NCBI GenBank assembly: GCA_965116875.1
Contig: OZ220733.1
Coordinates: 1,088,001-1,152,000 of the forward strand
Length of the DNA stretch: 64,000 bases
Origin: Candidatus Latescibacterota bacterium
GTDB taxonomy: Bacteria; Latescibacterota; UBA2968; GCA-2709665
Direction: 5' to 3'
Notes under the pieces: model-generated
Seen by the model: only the letters and a program-made list of their open reading frames with translations
What the model was told of the DNA's origin: nothing
Databases searched by the model: none
Made by a program: the position numbers and the translations under genes
In this document: positions 39,601 through 48,319 of the stretch, piece by piece
Layout: the number at the start of each line of letters is the position of its first letter
Numbering within the stretch: position 1 is the first letter of the stretch

Positions 39601-40053
39601 AATGTCTTTGTTCCGCTGTTCAGCGCCGCCATCGACACGGCCCTGGAGTTGGTCAATCCGTTTGCCGTACTGGCGATTCTGCTGGTCTGGAAAGCCGGCG
39701 TCAAGCGACCGTGGCTGATTGTGGCCGGAATCGCCGTTGCCATGCTGTCTTCGGAGGCGATCGCGCCGGCCAGGAGCACCTATCATTTCGCCGTTCTGGC
39801 CGGCCTGGAACTATTCGATCTCGGCATACTGGTTTTCCTCGTCGCATGGCTGGTCCGGTTCAACCTGATGGCGTATATCGTCGCCGTCTGGTCCGGCAAG
39901 CTCATCCTTGGGCCGGGAATCGCATTCATGCAACGGACAACGGATGCCGTTTATCATTGGAACGGGATTGCGATGATCGCGCTCGGCCTGGCGCCCCTGC
40001 TCTACCTGCTGGCTGCCGGTCTTCGCGAACGGCGCGAGCGCAAGGAGGGATAA
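36643..40053 (+). CDS. Large CPBP (CAAX/Abi) intramembrane metalloprotease with internal duplication
   Basis: EEFFFR, WAFLH, AHYAIN motifs; two homologous extracytoplasmic domains; SD GAGGAG before ATG 36643. Confidence 0.85.
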   Translation: MDRRDAMWLLVFVVLGVVGLAVFLNFYTEAIPSASLDFKLSRDEVHRKAQGYLENQGYDLADYENAQIFSSSQMQQVFLEQTLGLEETSRLAREWLSVWSWSVRWFKPLQKEELRVGLDPGGRVVGFSHRILESDEGASIAQDDALVIASGFLRETQGYDLDAYELIDRSSTERKARVDHRFAYRKKDFTVGDDGHYRLDVVVHGDRVGKFSEYLKVPDSFSRSYREVRSRANLLTQVFLPFWLALGVAMLVILVKNYRRKRLHWQAGLIVGTLVAVAWLAANVNALPLALYSFDTTISYGAFLVTLLFSAILVAAVNGGIVCLAGTAGGVLERDVLSEKRVSPLGRLSLRGVFSAGFLRSTIVGYGAAGAVLGYVAVFYLLGGRYFDVWVPADVSEYDNAFSTAIPWIYPLLVGLSAAAVEEFFFRLLAIPLLIRWLKRPWLAVLLPAIVWAFLHSNYPHEPIYIRGIEITVIGIVFGILFLRFGIWAPIIAHYAINAFIVALPMVKSSSLYFQVSGVLVIGILLVPAIPAAFAVLTGRARPGEVEDVVEEEAPDEPAEIEEPAPEPVRPDVIQKDTDAYLPDKKRWIVAGLCAVAGIALMIGFRVDRFGARSLKLEVTRSQAAGIAEAFCTELGLDASDYRQSVQFRSGVGSSHHTHLIRNAGVAHADSLMVENTSPWYWHVRWFKPMEKEEIQVRVDASGRVAGFNHIIPETRAGPELETDDARAKAEAFVERNFSRSVTDSAQYKLLEARSEKEKDRMDHHFVWERIDRKIEDGEFRLKVRVQGDEVGLYNAHYKAPEEFLRSLKQRGARHALASIVPVLLLLATFILAGIYFFRCYRAREIRWKLPIGIGIAVVLLTMLNWINSLPAFFHGYDTSQAMMTYLGIQGVGLLIGTPMMGLAIAAMFALMMAMKRSLYPEEMGAGGWLGLLRMREGGLRFWAGTLVLAAAFLLLRTGADSIAMCVKYNGLTEYLEAGGFSLPRVNVFVPLFSAAIDTALELVNPFAVLAILLVWKAGVKRPWLIVAGIAVAMLSSEAIAPARSTYHFAVLAGLELFDLGILVFLVAWLVRFNLMAYIVAVWSGKLILGPGIAFMQRTTDAVYHWNGIAMIALGLAPLLYLLAAGLRERRERKEG

Positions 40054-40136
40054 ACGGAAACGCTGCCCGGATGGATTCGTCCAGCGCGCCGTAAGACCGG
40101 ATTTTTCGATCCGCCACGCCGAGACGGATGAAACGA

Positions 40137-40172
40137 CCCCCCTCCGAAGGACATCGGAGGGGGGCCTTTTTT
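40137..40172 (+). terminator. Intrinsic terminator
   Basis: CCCCCCTCCGA-AGGACA-TCGGAGGGGG hairpin followed by CCTTTTTT. Confidence 0.75.
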
Positions 40173-40194
40173 CGTTCCGTCCCATCCAGGATTT

Positions 40195-41211
40195 TTACGG
40201 AAGCACCCGTTCGACCTCCACGCTCTCCCCGGTCTGCTCCGCCTTTCTGATGGCGTCCGAGACGGCCACGGCGGCGACCATGTCGTCCCCCAGAGGATGC
40301 GGCCGCCCCGTTCGGACCATTTCCCTGACGTATTCGAGGATGACCGCGGAGCCTTCACAGGCGTTGAAGTCGTTGAGCACCAGACCCTGGATGGCGCCCT
40401 CGGGGCCGAACACGTGAGTGAACATCTCGGTAAATCGGAAGTCGGCCACGCCGCTGTTGATGACCACACCGTGTTCCGGCCGGCCGGGCGCGACGCCGTA
40501 GTGGAGATGATAGACCGTATGGTTGGGCGCCTTCAGACAACTCACGGATTGAATCCCCGTACCGAACACGTGGTGAGCAATCGAAATCGCGTGGATCAGC
40601 GCGGCAAGGTGCGTGGAGGCGCAGGTGATGGTGCCGAACGTGACGCGGCCCACCTCGTCACGGCGGCGGACCAACTGAGCCACCGCCGGGTTCGTCTGCA
40701 GCATGGACAGCGACATGACCGGGGCGTCGTTCGCATTCGCAAGTTCCAGGATCGCGCGAACGTCGGCGATGCAATGCGCGAAGGGTTTGTCAATGAAGGT
40801 GGGAACGCCTTTTCCCAGACCCGGACGCGCCAGTTCCAGGTGATCGGAGCCGTCGTAGTTGCAGTTCGCAATCAGCACCAGATCCACGTCATCGCTCACC
40901 TGCTCGAAGCTGTCGCAGACTTTCGGCCTGCCGTAGAAGACGTTTGAGAACATCTCAGCGTTGCGACGCTGTTCATCCCAGACCTTCACGATCCGGAAGC
41001 CGTCTACCCTGGGCGCGGTCATCCGGGTCGGTTCGCTGTACTTCGTATAGTAGAAATAGTGCGTCCCGCCGCGCTGCCAGGTATAGGACATGTCGTCTTC
41101 GACGGGCATGGGCTCCCTTAATCGCAGTGGATCGTGTTCGTCCATCTGCGCGCCGAACCACATGCCGTGCATGTCGCAACGGATGATCCCGGTACGGATC
41201 ACATCGGACAC
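40195..41211 (-). CDS. Divergent Gfo/Idh/MocA-like oxidoreductase
   Basis: IRTGIIRCDMHG, VDLVLIAN..DGSDHLELARP..GVPTFIDKPFA. Confidence 0.75.
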   Translation of the reverse strand: MSDVIRTGIIRCDMHGMWFGAQMDEHDPLRLREPMPVEDDMSYTWQRGGTHYFYYTKYSEPTRMTAPRVDGFRIVKVWDEQRRNAEMFSNVFYGRPKVCDSFEQVSDDVDLVLIANCNYDGSDHLELARPGLGKGVPTFIDKPFAHCIADVRAILELANANDAPVMSLSMLQTNPAVAQLVRRRDEVGRVTFGTITCASTHLAALIHAISIAHHVFGTGIQSVSCLKAPNHTVYHLHYGVAPGRPEHGVVINSGVADFRFTEMFTHVFGPEGAIQGLVLNDFNACEGSAVILEYVREMVRTGRPHPLGDDMVAAVAVSDAIRKAEQTGESVEVERVLP

Positions 41212-41264
41212 GGAAGGGATTCCTTTCGTCTACTGCCGAAATGAGGATTGCAGAGCGTTCTCTG

Positions 41265-41633
41265 CTACAATTCCAATGGGTCTGCGGTGCGGATGACGAA
41301 ATATTTCCTTACCGGCTGGATGACGTGCCAGTGGGTCCTGAGTCCCGCGGGAAAGTGCACGGTATCGCCCGGCCCCAGGGTGTAGCTGTCGCCGCCGTCT
41401 TCTTCAATGGCGACCTTTCCCTCGAAGACATGGGCGAACTCGTCCCATCCGAAAGTCCATTCGAATCTGCCTTCGCTACATTGCCAGTAACCGCTGGACA
41501 CCCTCTTGTCCGCGCTCTGGGTAACGATGGCGCCGCGGGCCGTGGGTTCGCCTTCCTGAATCCAGTCGGGATCGATGGGCATGTCGGGCAAATCAACCGG
41601 CATTGCGACCGTATTCATCTTCAACTCGCTCAT
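41265..41633 (-). CDS. Cupin_3 (EutQ/DUF861-like) protein
   Basis: GYWQCSEGRFEWTFGWDEFAHVFEG...GDTVHFPAG...VRKYF. Confidence 0.88.
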   Translation of the reverse strand: MSELKMNTVAMPVDLPDMPIDPDWIQEGEPTARGAIVTQSADKRVSSGYWQCSEGRFEWTFGWDEFAHVFEGKVAIEEDGGDSYTLGPGDTVHFPAGLRTHWHVIQPVRKYFVIRTADPLEL

Positions 41634-41663
41634 CTCACGCTCCTTTCCTCTATCAAGGTTAAC

Positions 41664-42674
41664 TTACAACGCCAGGACTTCCCGCCAGCGCTCCGCTTCA
41701 ACCGGGATTCCCAGCGTCAGATTCTCCTCCCGGGTCCTGAACATGCGCTCCCCGGGATAGGACACCGGCTCGCACCCTTCCAGCGGCCGGGCGGCGCGAA
41801 AGTCGGCGAGGGTCTGTTCCACGATTTCCCGCATCCGGTCGCCGGCGACAGCGCTGGCATGGATGGCGATAAAGACCTGGGAGACGCCGTACTCGGCCTC
41901 CTCCTGAGCGATCTGGTACGTTGAACGGCCCCCCGACAGCAGCGATGCAACCAGATCCAGCGACATCGCGAGTCCGATCCCCTTCCAGTGGCCGATGGGC
42001 AGCGGACGGCGGGCGGCCTGGATGGCGCCGGCGTCGTACGACAGGTTTCCGCTTTCGTCGTAACCACCGGGGACCGGAAGCCGCCGGTTGGCGACACGGT
42101 ACACGTCCAGTTTTCCGTGGGAGTACTGGCTCATCGCCATATCCAGCAGAAAATGCCGGCCTTCCGGCCGGGGAATGGAGAAGACCAGCGGATTGTTGCC
42201 CACCTTCCGGTCGGACGAACCGAACGGGGGGATGAGCTGCGTCGTATTCGTCCAGCAGATGCCGATACAGCCCGCGTCCGCTGCCCTCAGACCGTACGTT
42301 CCGGCCCGCATCCAGTGGTTGGTGTTTCTGAGGGACACGCAGCCCATTCCATGTTCATTCGCGATTTCAACCGCGCGGTCCATGCATACGCATGCATTGA
42401 GGATACCGGGGCCCAGTTTTCCGTCCCACTGCTCCAGAACGCCGAATTCGGATGCTTTTTCGGGCTCGGCGTGGAGGTCCATGCCCTTGCCGTTACGGGC
42501 CTGCCCGGCAAAGGACGGGAACCGGTTGACACCGTGGGAATAGACGCCGTCGCGTGTGGTCTCGGCGAAAATTCGCGCCAGGCGTTCGGCGCGTTCGGTG
42601 GTGAAACCGGTCTTGAGCAGGACGCGGTTCAGTTCCGCCACCATTGTGTCGAATTGTATCCGGCGCATATCCAT
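41664..42674 (-). CDS. yiaK: 2,3-diketo-L-gulonate reductase (Ldh_2 family)
   Basis: DGVYSHGVNRF, EQWDG..GPG, LRNTNHWMRAGTYG, GNNPLV, LDMAMSQYS, PIGHWKG. Confidence 0.88.
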   Translation of the reverse strand: MDMRRIQFDTMVAELNRVLLKTGFTTERAERLARIFAETTRDGVYSHGVNRFPSFAGQARNGKGMDLHAEPEKASEFGVLEQWDGKLGPGILNACVCMDRAVEIANEHGMGCVSLRNTNHWMRAGTYGLRAADAGCIGICWTNTTQLIPPFGSSDRKVGNNPLVFSIPRPEGRHFLLDMAMSQYSHGKLDVYRVANRRLPVPGGYDESGNLSYDAGAIQAARRPLPIGHWKGIGLAMSLDLVASLLSGGRSTYQIAQEEAEYGVSQVFIAIHASAVAGDRMREIVEQTLADFRAARPLEGCEPVSYPGERMFRTREENLTLGIPVEAERWREVLAL

Positions 42675-42681
42675 CTGGAGA

Positions 42682-43089
42682 CTAATCCCTTTCGGTGTAC
42701 CCCAGGACGACCAGCAGACACGGCCCGCCCGAGACGACGGCGATGCCGGCGTCCCGTGCATCTTCAACGGCTTTCCGGCTTTCCGCCCCCGGCTGCATCC
42801 AGATAAATTGAATTCCGGCGTCCGCTGCTTCCGTGACGATCCCTTCGGTAACCTCGGGCGGTGTGATAACGGAAATGCGGGTTACCGGTTCCGGAAGCGA
42901 CGCGAGATCGGGATACGCCTTCCGGCCTTCGACTTGTGCGGAACCCGGATTGATCGGGTACGCCTTCAGACCGTGCTGCAGATAACATCGAAGCACCTTG
43001 TTGCCGTATTTGGCACGGTCTTTCGAGGCGCCGACGACGGCATATGGACCGGTCTCCAGAAATGCATCGATCGTTTCGTCAAGTGTCAC
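42682..43089 (-). CDS. CoA-binding protein (YccU-like)
   Basis: AVVGASKDRAKYG, YPINP, WMQPGAES, GPCLLV; GTG start after GGGGAG. Confidence 0.88.
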   Translation of the reverse strand: MTLDETIDAFLETGPYAVVGASKDRAKYGNKVLRCYLQHGLKAYPINPGSAQVEGRKAYPDLASLPEPVTRISVITPPEVTEGIVTEAADAGIQFIWMQPGAESRKAVEDARDAGIAVVSGGPCLLVVLGYTERD

Positions 43090-43123
43090 GGACGTTCTCC
43101 CCGTGGTCTGGTATTGCTGACGG

Positions 43124-43576
43124 TTACAGTTCATCGTATCGCGGCAGACTGTCCAGGAAGCGGTAGCTCCGTTCCACGCGGTCAAGGGCGTAGCAGTAGT
43201 GGGTGATCCCGTTGGTGACGACCAGGTAATCCGTCCCGACGGACGTATTATAGCGCGCGATCTGATCGAACGCCTGCTGTCTGATCTTCACGTCGGGCGC
43301 CTTGCATTCGGCCATGAGAACGGGTTCTCCCCTGCCGTTGTAAACGATAACGTCGGCGCGGTGCTGCATGCCGCCGTACGCGAAAGCCGATTCGACCGCG
43401 GTTCGACCCGCAGGATAGCCCAGGTCCCGGACAAGGTGCTGTATCAGGTTCTGGCGGACCCATTCCTCTGGCGTGAGGCGCACGTGTTTCCGGCGAAGCG
43501 GATCGAAAATGGTCCTTCTTTCGCCGCTGGCGCGGATATCGAAGTCGTACTGGCGCGGAAAGTTGAGAGATTGCAT
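43124..43576 (-). CDS. Stand-alone type I restriction HsdR N-terminal domain protein
   Basis: IFDPLRRKHVRLTPEEWVRQ, RADVIVY, AECKAP, QIARYN, VTNG. Confidence 0.88.
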   Translation of the reverse strand: MQSLNFPRQYDFDIRASGERRTIFDPLRRKHVRLTPEEWVRQNLIQHLVRDLGYPAGRTAVESAFAYGGMQHRADVIVYNGRGEPVLMAECKAPDVKIRQQAFDQIARYNTSVGTDYLVVTNGITHYCYALDRVERSYRFLDSLPRYDEL

Positions 43577-43643
43577 GGGAATAGGCTGCAGCGCGCGGGG
43601 TCGCGGTTCAGGAAGTCCATCAAAAAGCCGCCGATGATCTCAG

Positions 43644-44804
43644 CTAGCGGGCGTGCCAGAGTTCGGGACGTTCGACGTGCCGGCGGACGGTGTCCAGGAA
43701 CCGCGCGGCAGGACCGCCATCGACGACGCGATGGTCGAAGGTGAGACTCAGGGCGACCATGTCCCTGGGCACGACCCGCCCCTGGTATACCCCCGGTTTC
43801 GAGACGATCCGGCCCACGCCCAGAATGGCGCACTGCGGCAGGTTGACGATGGGCGTAAACACGTCGATCCCGTACGCGCCCAGGTTCGTAATCGTAAACG
43901 TCCCTCCTTGAAGGTGTTCGGGTTCGAGCTCTCCCTGCCTGGCCTTCAGAACCAGGTCCGCGGTTTCCCTGGCGAGTTCGGGCAAGTCCCTGGCGCCGAC
44001 GTTTGTGATGACGGGGACCAGAAGGCCGGCATGGGTATCCACGGCGATTCCGATGTGGATCTCATCGTGCCTGTGGACCGTCCCGTCCCGCCAGGAGGCG
44101 TTCAGGCCCGGATGTTCGGCCAGGGCGACAGCCGTCAGCTTCACGAAAAGGTCGTTGACCGTGAGGTGGGGAATGTCGAGTTCCGTGCGCAGGGCCGCGA
44201 AATCCGTCGCATCCGCTTCCGTGGAAAGTGTCACCGGTGCGGTCTCGGCGTGACTCTCGGTCATTCGCCGCGCAATGGTCCGGCGGATCGTAGCCTCGGA
44301 TCTGTCCGGGGACGGGCCCGGGGCGGCAGCCCGGACGTCCCGTTCGACAATGCGGCCGTTCCGACCGCTGCCCTGAAGCGTGCTCCAGTCGACACCCAGT
44401 TCCGTCGCCAGGCGAAGCGCCCGCGGGCTGATCGCGGACCGGCCCTTTCTTCCTTTCGGTCGATCCGCGCGAGGCCGGGAAGGGGCGGCCCGTTGCGGGC
44501 TTGACTCCGCTTCCTTCTCCACCGCCGGCGAGGCGGAAGCCGCGGCGGGAGGTTGTTCCCCCGGACCCAGCAGGAAACCCAGCACCGCGCCGATCGGCAG
44601 CGTGTCTCCGGGTTGAGGCGCATCGGGCGGTATATACAGGGTTCCGCTGTCGAAAGATTCGATTTCGTTGATCGCCTTGTCGCTTTCAACGGTGAAGATG
44701 ATGTCTCCTGCCTGGATCTGATCCCCGTCCTGCTTGAGCCATTCGACCAGGGTACCTTCCTCCATGGTCCATCCCAGGCGGGGCATGACGATTTCTGTGG
44801 CCAT
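43644..44804 (-). CDS. Dihydrolipoamide acyltransferase (E2)
   Basis: Lipoyl domain VESDKA, subunit-binding ISPRALRLA..GSGRNGRI, GGTFTITNLG, FDHRVVDG. Confidence 0.93.
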   Translation of the reverse strand: MATEIVMPRLGWTMEEGTLVEWLKQDGDQIQAGDIIFTVESDKAINEIESFDSGTLYIPPDAPQPGDTLPIGAVLGFLLGPGEQPPAAASASPAVEKEAESSPQRAAPSRPRADRPKGRKGRSAISPRALRLATELGVDWSTLQGSGRNGRIVERDVRAAAPGPSPDRSEATIRRTIARRMTESHAETAPVTLSTEADATDFAALRTELDIPHLTVNDLFVKLTAVALAEHPGLNASWRDGTVHRHDEIHIGIAVDTHAGLLVPVITNVGARDLPELARETADLVLKARQGELEPEHLQGGTFTITNLGAYGIDVFTPIVNLPQCAILGVGRIVSKPGVYQGRVVPRDMVALSLTFDHRVVDGGPAARFLDTVRRHVERPELWHAR

Positions 44805-44832
44805 GGAGATCATCCTCGTGTAGCCGCCGCGA

Positions 44833-45819
44833 CTATTCCTCCATCAGGTCGCGGATGGCCTGCGATATGGATTCCGGCTGCGGCAGGCAGGCAGCCTCGA
44901 GCGGGGCGCTGTACGGCGTGGGGACATGCGCGCCGTTCAGGCGGCCTACCGGCGCGTCCAGATCGTCGAACGCCAGGCTCTGGACCTGAGCGGCGATTTC
45001 GGCGCCGATGCCGCACGGGCCGAATGCCTCGTCCACGATCAGCAGGCGCCCCGTCTTGTGTACGGATTCCAGTATGGTATCCATATCCAGCGGCGCCACG
45101 GTGCGCGGGTCGATGAGTTCCACGGAGATGCCGTCCCCAGCGAGTTCGTCGCAGAGTTTCCACGTGAGGGGTATCATATTCGCCAGCGCAACAACGGTAA
45201 TGTCCCCACCCTCGCGGCGGACCTCGGCCTGTCCGAAGGGAATGGCGTACGGCGTTTCGGGCACCGGACCCCGATGGTTGAGGATGGACTTGTGTTCGAG
45301 AAAGAGAACGGGATCATCGCCTTCCAGGGCGGTCTTGAACAGGCCCTTGGCGTCGTACGGCGTGGCGGGCAGGGCCACGCGGAAGCCGGGCAGGTGGGCG
45401 AAAACGGGATAGTAATTTCCCGAGTGGTGGGTGGCGGCGGCGCCACCGATCCCCACGCAGCCTCGCAGCACCACGGGCATGGACAGGCGGCCGCTGCTCA
45501 TATATTGCATCTTGGCGATCTGGTTGACCATTTCGCCGAAGCCGTCCAGGATGAAGTCGATGAACATGAAATCCACCACGGGCCGCGCGCCTGCCATGGC
45601 CGCGCCCGTGCAGAGCCCGATAAAGCCCCGCTCGCAGATCGGCGTATCGCACACCCGCATGGGACCGTAGCGTTCGTAGAGTCCGGTGGTGGTGTTGAAG
45701 TTGCCGCCGCGTTCACCCACGCCTTCCCCCACGACGAAGACGGACGGGTCCGCCGCCATGGCATCGGACAGGGCTTCGCGCGCGGCTTCCGTAAACGTGA
45801 TTTCACGCATGGTTCGCAT
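44833..45819 (-). CDS. 2-oxoacid/acetoin dehydrogenase E1 beta subunit
   Basis: DTPICE, RPVVDFMFIDF, DAKGL, DPVLFLEHK, SVHKTGRL. Confidence 0.93.
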   Translation of the reverse strand: MRTMREITFTEAAREALSDAMAADPSVFVVGEGVGERGGNFNTTTGLYERYGPMRVCDTPICERGFIGLCTGAAMAGARPVVDFMFIDFILDGFGEMVNQIAKMQYMSSGRLSMPVVLRGCVGIGGAAATHHSGNYYPVFAHLPGFRVALPATPYDAKGLFKTALEGDDPVLFLEHKSILNHRGPVPETPYAIPFGQAEVRREGGDITVVALANMIPLTWKLCDELAGDGISVELIDPRTVAPLDMDTILESVHKTGRLLIVDEAFGPCGIGAEIAAQVQSLAFDDLDAPVGRLNGAHVPTPYSAPLEAACLPQPESISQAIRDLMEE

Positions 45820-46792
45820 CCCGGCCGCTGAAAACGTGGTCCGTTACCGTAGCGGGATCCGGCCATGGGCTTTTCCTGGCGAACTCGACGCCCTCTTCGA
45901 CGGCGGCCCTGACCTCGTTTTCAATCCCGTCGAGGGTCTCCCGGCCGGCGATGCCGCCGTCCATCAGTTTTCCCTCCAGCAGTGCGATGGGGTCCCTGGC
46001 CTTCCAGGTCTCGAGCTCCTCCTGCGTACGGTAACCGGTATCCCGCATCCCCTCCGCGTGGGGGCGGGTGCGGTAGGTCTTGCAGTCCAGCAGCGTGGGA
46101 CCGCCCCCTTCCCGGGCGCGACGGACGGCGTCGCCGGCTTTTTCATGGACGTCGAGGACGTCGTTTCCGTCAACCTGAACGCCGGTCACGCCATAGCCTT
46201 CCGCGCGCCTGGCGATATTCGTATTCCGCGTGGCGTACTCGAAGGCGACTTCGGTGGCGTACCGGTTGTCCTCCAGGACGAAGACCACGGGCAGTTGCCA
46301 GATGGCGGCCATGTTCAGGCCTTCGTGAAAGGCGCCGTTGCTAACGCCTCCGTCGCCGAAGAAAGCCACGCTGACGCGGTCGGTCTCGAGCAATTTGAAC
46401 GTATAGGCGGCGCCTGCGGCCTGAAGGATGCAGGGGCCCACGATGCCGCTGGTGCCCATCAGCCCCATTTCGGGGGAGAACAGATGCATGCTGCCGCCCC
46501 GCCCCCGCGCGCACCCCGTGGACTTGCCGAAGAGTTCCGCGATGAGTTCGCGTATGGGAACGCCCTTGGCGAGCGCGTGTCCGTGGCCCCGGTGGGTACT
46601 GAAGATCGTGTCTTCCCCGCGCAGGTGCGCGCAAACGCCCGCCGCGATGGCCTCTTCGCCGACGTACGTGTGGCAGGCCCCCGGGATGAGTCCGGCCTGG
46701 TACGACCGGGCGATCTGCTCCTCGGTGCGCCGGATCGTGAGCATCTGGCGGTAGAGGGACAGGTAACGTTCGTTATCGAGGTCGTCCGGCAT
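45803..46792 (-). CDS. 2-oxoacid/acetoin dehydrogenase E1 alpha subunit
   Basis: STHRGHGH, GRGGSMH, TPP motif FFGDGG...EDNRY, TYRTRPH. Confidence 0.93.
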   Translation of the reverse strand: MPDDLDNERYLSLYRQMLTIRRTEEQIARSYQAGLIPGACHTYVGEEAIAAGVCAHLRGEDTIFSTHRGHGHALAKGVPIRELIAELFGKSTGCARGRGGSMHLFSPEMGLMGTSGIVGPCILQAAGAAYTFKLLETDRVSVAFFGDGGVSNGAFHEGLNMAAIWQLPVVFVLEDNRYATEVAFEYATRNTNIARRAEGYGVTGVQVDGNDVLDVHEKAGDAVRRAREGGGPTLLDCKTYRTRPHAEGMRDTGYRTQEELETWKARDPIALLEGKLMDGGIAGRETLDGIENEVRAAVEEGVEFARKSPWPDPATVTDHVFSGRDANHA

Positions 46793-46919
46793 GGCGCTTA
46801 CCCTGCCTGGTCTGTTGGTATCACGGGGTTAAACCAAAATAAAAAACGGCAACCGGGCGTCGCGATAGAACCCCCCGAAACGGGCTGAAATGGTCGTCCG
46901 GAAGGGCATTTTTTCCGTT

Positions 46920-47016
46920 CACGTCCATTGACCTAGTGTATCCTGGGTATCCGCAGTTGAATCGCCTTTATCAACTTGCACATTTACGAATTAACATCCA
47001 CGAAAAGTGACGAATC
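46920..47016. repeat. Dispersed 97-bp intergenic repeat, copy B
   Basis: Same orientation as 8681-8777; both lie just past the stop of a minus-strand gene. Confidence 0.8.
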
Positions 47017-47020
47017 CTGA

Positions 47021-47833
47021 TTAGCCGCTGACGATCGGGCCTCCGGGATAGGTGCCTCCGGCGTTCATCGCGAGATTTCCGCCGTCCATCGGCAACATCA
47101 CGCCGGTGACCCACGCCGATGCGTCGGACGCGAGGAAGATGGCAACGCCCACGATGTCCCGCGGCTCGCCGAACCGGCCCGCCGGAATGCCGCCCAGCCA
47201 GGTATCGGCCATGCGGGGTTCGGCCCGAAGGCGTTTTTCCAGGAACGGGTTCATGACCTGGGCGGGAAGAATTGCGTTCACGCGCACGCCGCGGCTGCTC
47301 CACTCCGTGCTGAGTTCCCGGGTCATCTGGGCGACGGCGCCCATGCCGATGCTGTAAGCGACGTGGCCTCGCCCGATCGCGGTGAGGCTCGCGAGAGAGC
47401 CGATATTGATGATGCTGCCTTTGCCCGCCGCGAGCATCCGCCGGCCTCCCTCCTGGCAACTGCAGAAGCGCGCGATGACCAGAGACTGCATGCTTTCCTG
47501 GAGCTGATCCAGGGTGAGATCCTCGGGTTTGCCCAGCATGGTGGCGCCGGCGACGTTGCCCAGAACGTCGATCCGGCCGAATTCACCATCCAGCCGGGAG
47601 AACATCCCGCGGACCTGGTCCACGTCGGAAACGTCGCACCGCACGGGAATGGCGCGTCGGCCCAGCGATTCGATCTCGTGGGCGGTTTCCTGCGCGCCGG
47701 GCTCGTTGACGTCGGCCAGCATGAGATCCGCCCCGGACTCGGCAAAGCCCACGGCCATCGCCTTGCCCATCCCGCTGGCCGCGCCCGTCACGAGGGCGAC
47801 ACGGTCCGTCATGTCGAATATTGTATGTGACAT
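47021..47833 (-). CDS. SDR family oxidoreductase
   Basis: ALVTGAASGMG, GNVAG, GSIINIGS, RVNAILP; catalytic YxxxK appears as YSIGM. Confidence 0.9.
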   Translation of the reverse strand: MSHTIFDMTDRVALVTGAASGMGKAMAVGFAESGADLMLADVNEPGAQETAHEIESLGRRAIPVRCDVSDVDQVRGMFSRLDGEFGRIDVLGNVAGATMLGKPEDLTLDQLQESMQSLVIARFCSCQEGGRRMLAAGKGSIINIGSLASLTAIGRGHVAYSIGMGAVAQMTRELSTEWSSRGVRVNAILPAQVMNPFLEKRLRAEPRMADTWLGGIPAGRFGEPRDIVGVAIFLASDASAWVTGVMLPMDGGNLAMNAGGTYPGGPIVSG

Positions 47834-47895
47834 GGTTCATCTCCGCGAATGCGTCTGAATCGGGCGCTTTCTGCTCTGATACAGATGTTGATCGG

Positions 47896-48261
47896 TCAAT
47901 CGCCCAGATACGCGACGGCGTCGATTTCCACGAGGATGCCCTTATACATATCACCGGCGCCCACCAGACGCCTGGTGGGCATCCGGCTCCTGTTTTTGAA
48001 ATACCGCATATAGGTGCGATTGAATCCGTCGCGGTCCGCCATGTCCAGGAGGAAGACGTTGACACGGACGACGTCGTCGAAGGTGGCGCCTTCGCTTTCC
48101 AGCACCTGCACCATGTTGTCCATCGTGAAAACGGTCTGTTCCTCAATATTCTCCCCAACCACCTCGGCGCCGTCGACGGGGCCGAAGCCGGAGAGAAAAA
48201 GCAGATCGCCGGCGCGGCGGGACATCGAATAAAAGGGTTCGGGACTCACCTGTTTTGCCAT
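47896..48261 (-). CDS. RidA/YjgF family protein
   Basis: AGDLLFLSG, IEEQT, DVVRVNVFL, FNRTY, PTR, LVEIDAVAY. Confidence 0.9.
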   Translation of the reverse strand: MAKQVSPEPFYSMSRRAGDLLFLSGFGPVDGAEVVGENIEEQTVFTMDNMVQVLESEGATFDDVVRVNVFLLDMADRDGFNRTYMRYFKNRSRMPTRRLVGAGDMYKGILVEIDAVAYLGD

Positions 48262-48319
48262 GGAAATCGTCTCCTGAATTGTTTCGTCTGACGCCGGGAT
48301 GATGCGGGAAGCGGCACGG

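Noticed and set aside
43124-43576. Type I restriction-modification defence locus
   Set aside because: No hsdM, hsdS or helicase portion nearby
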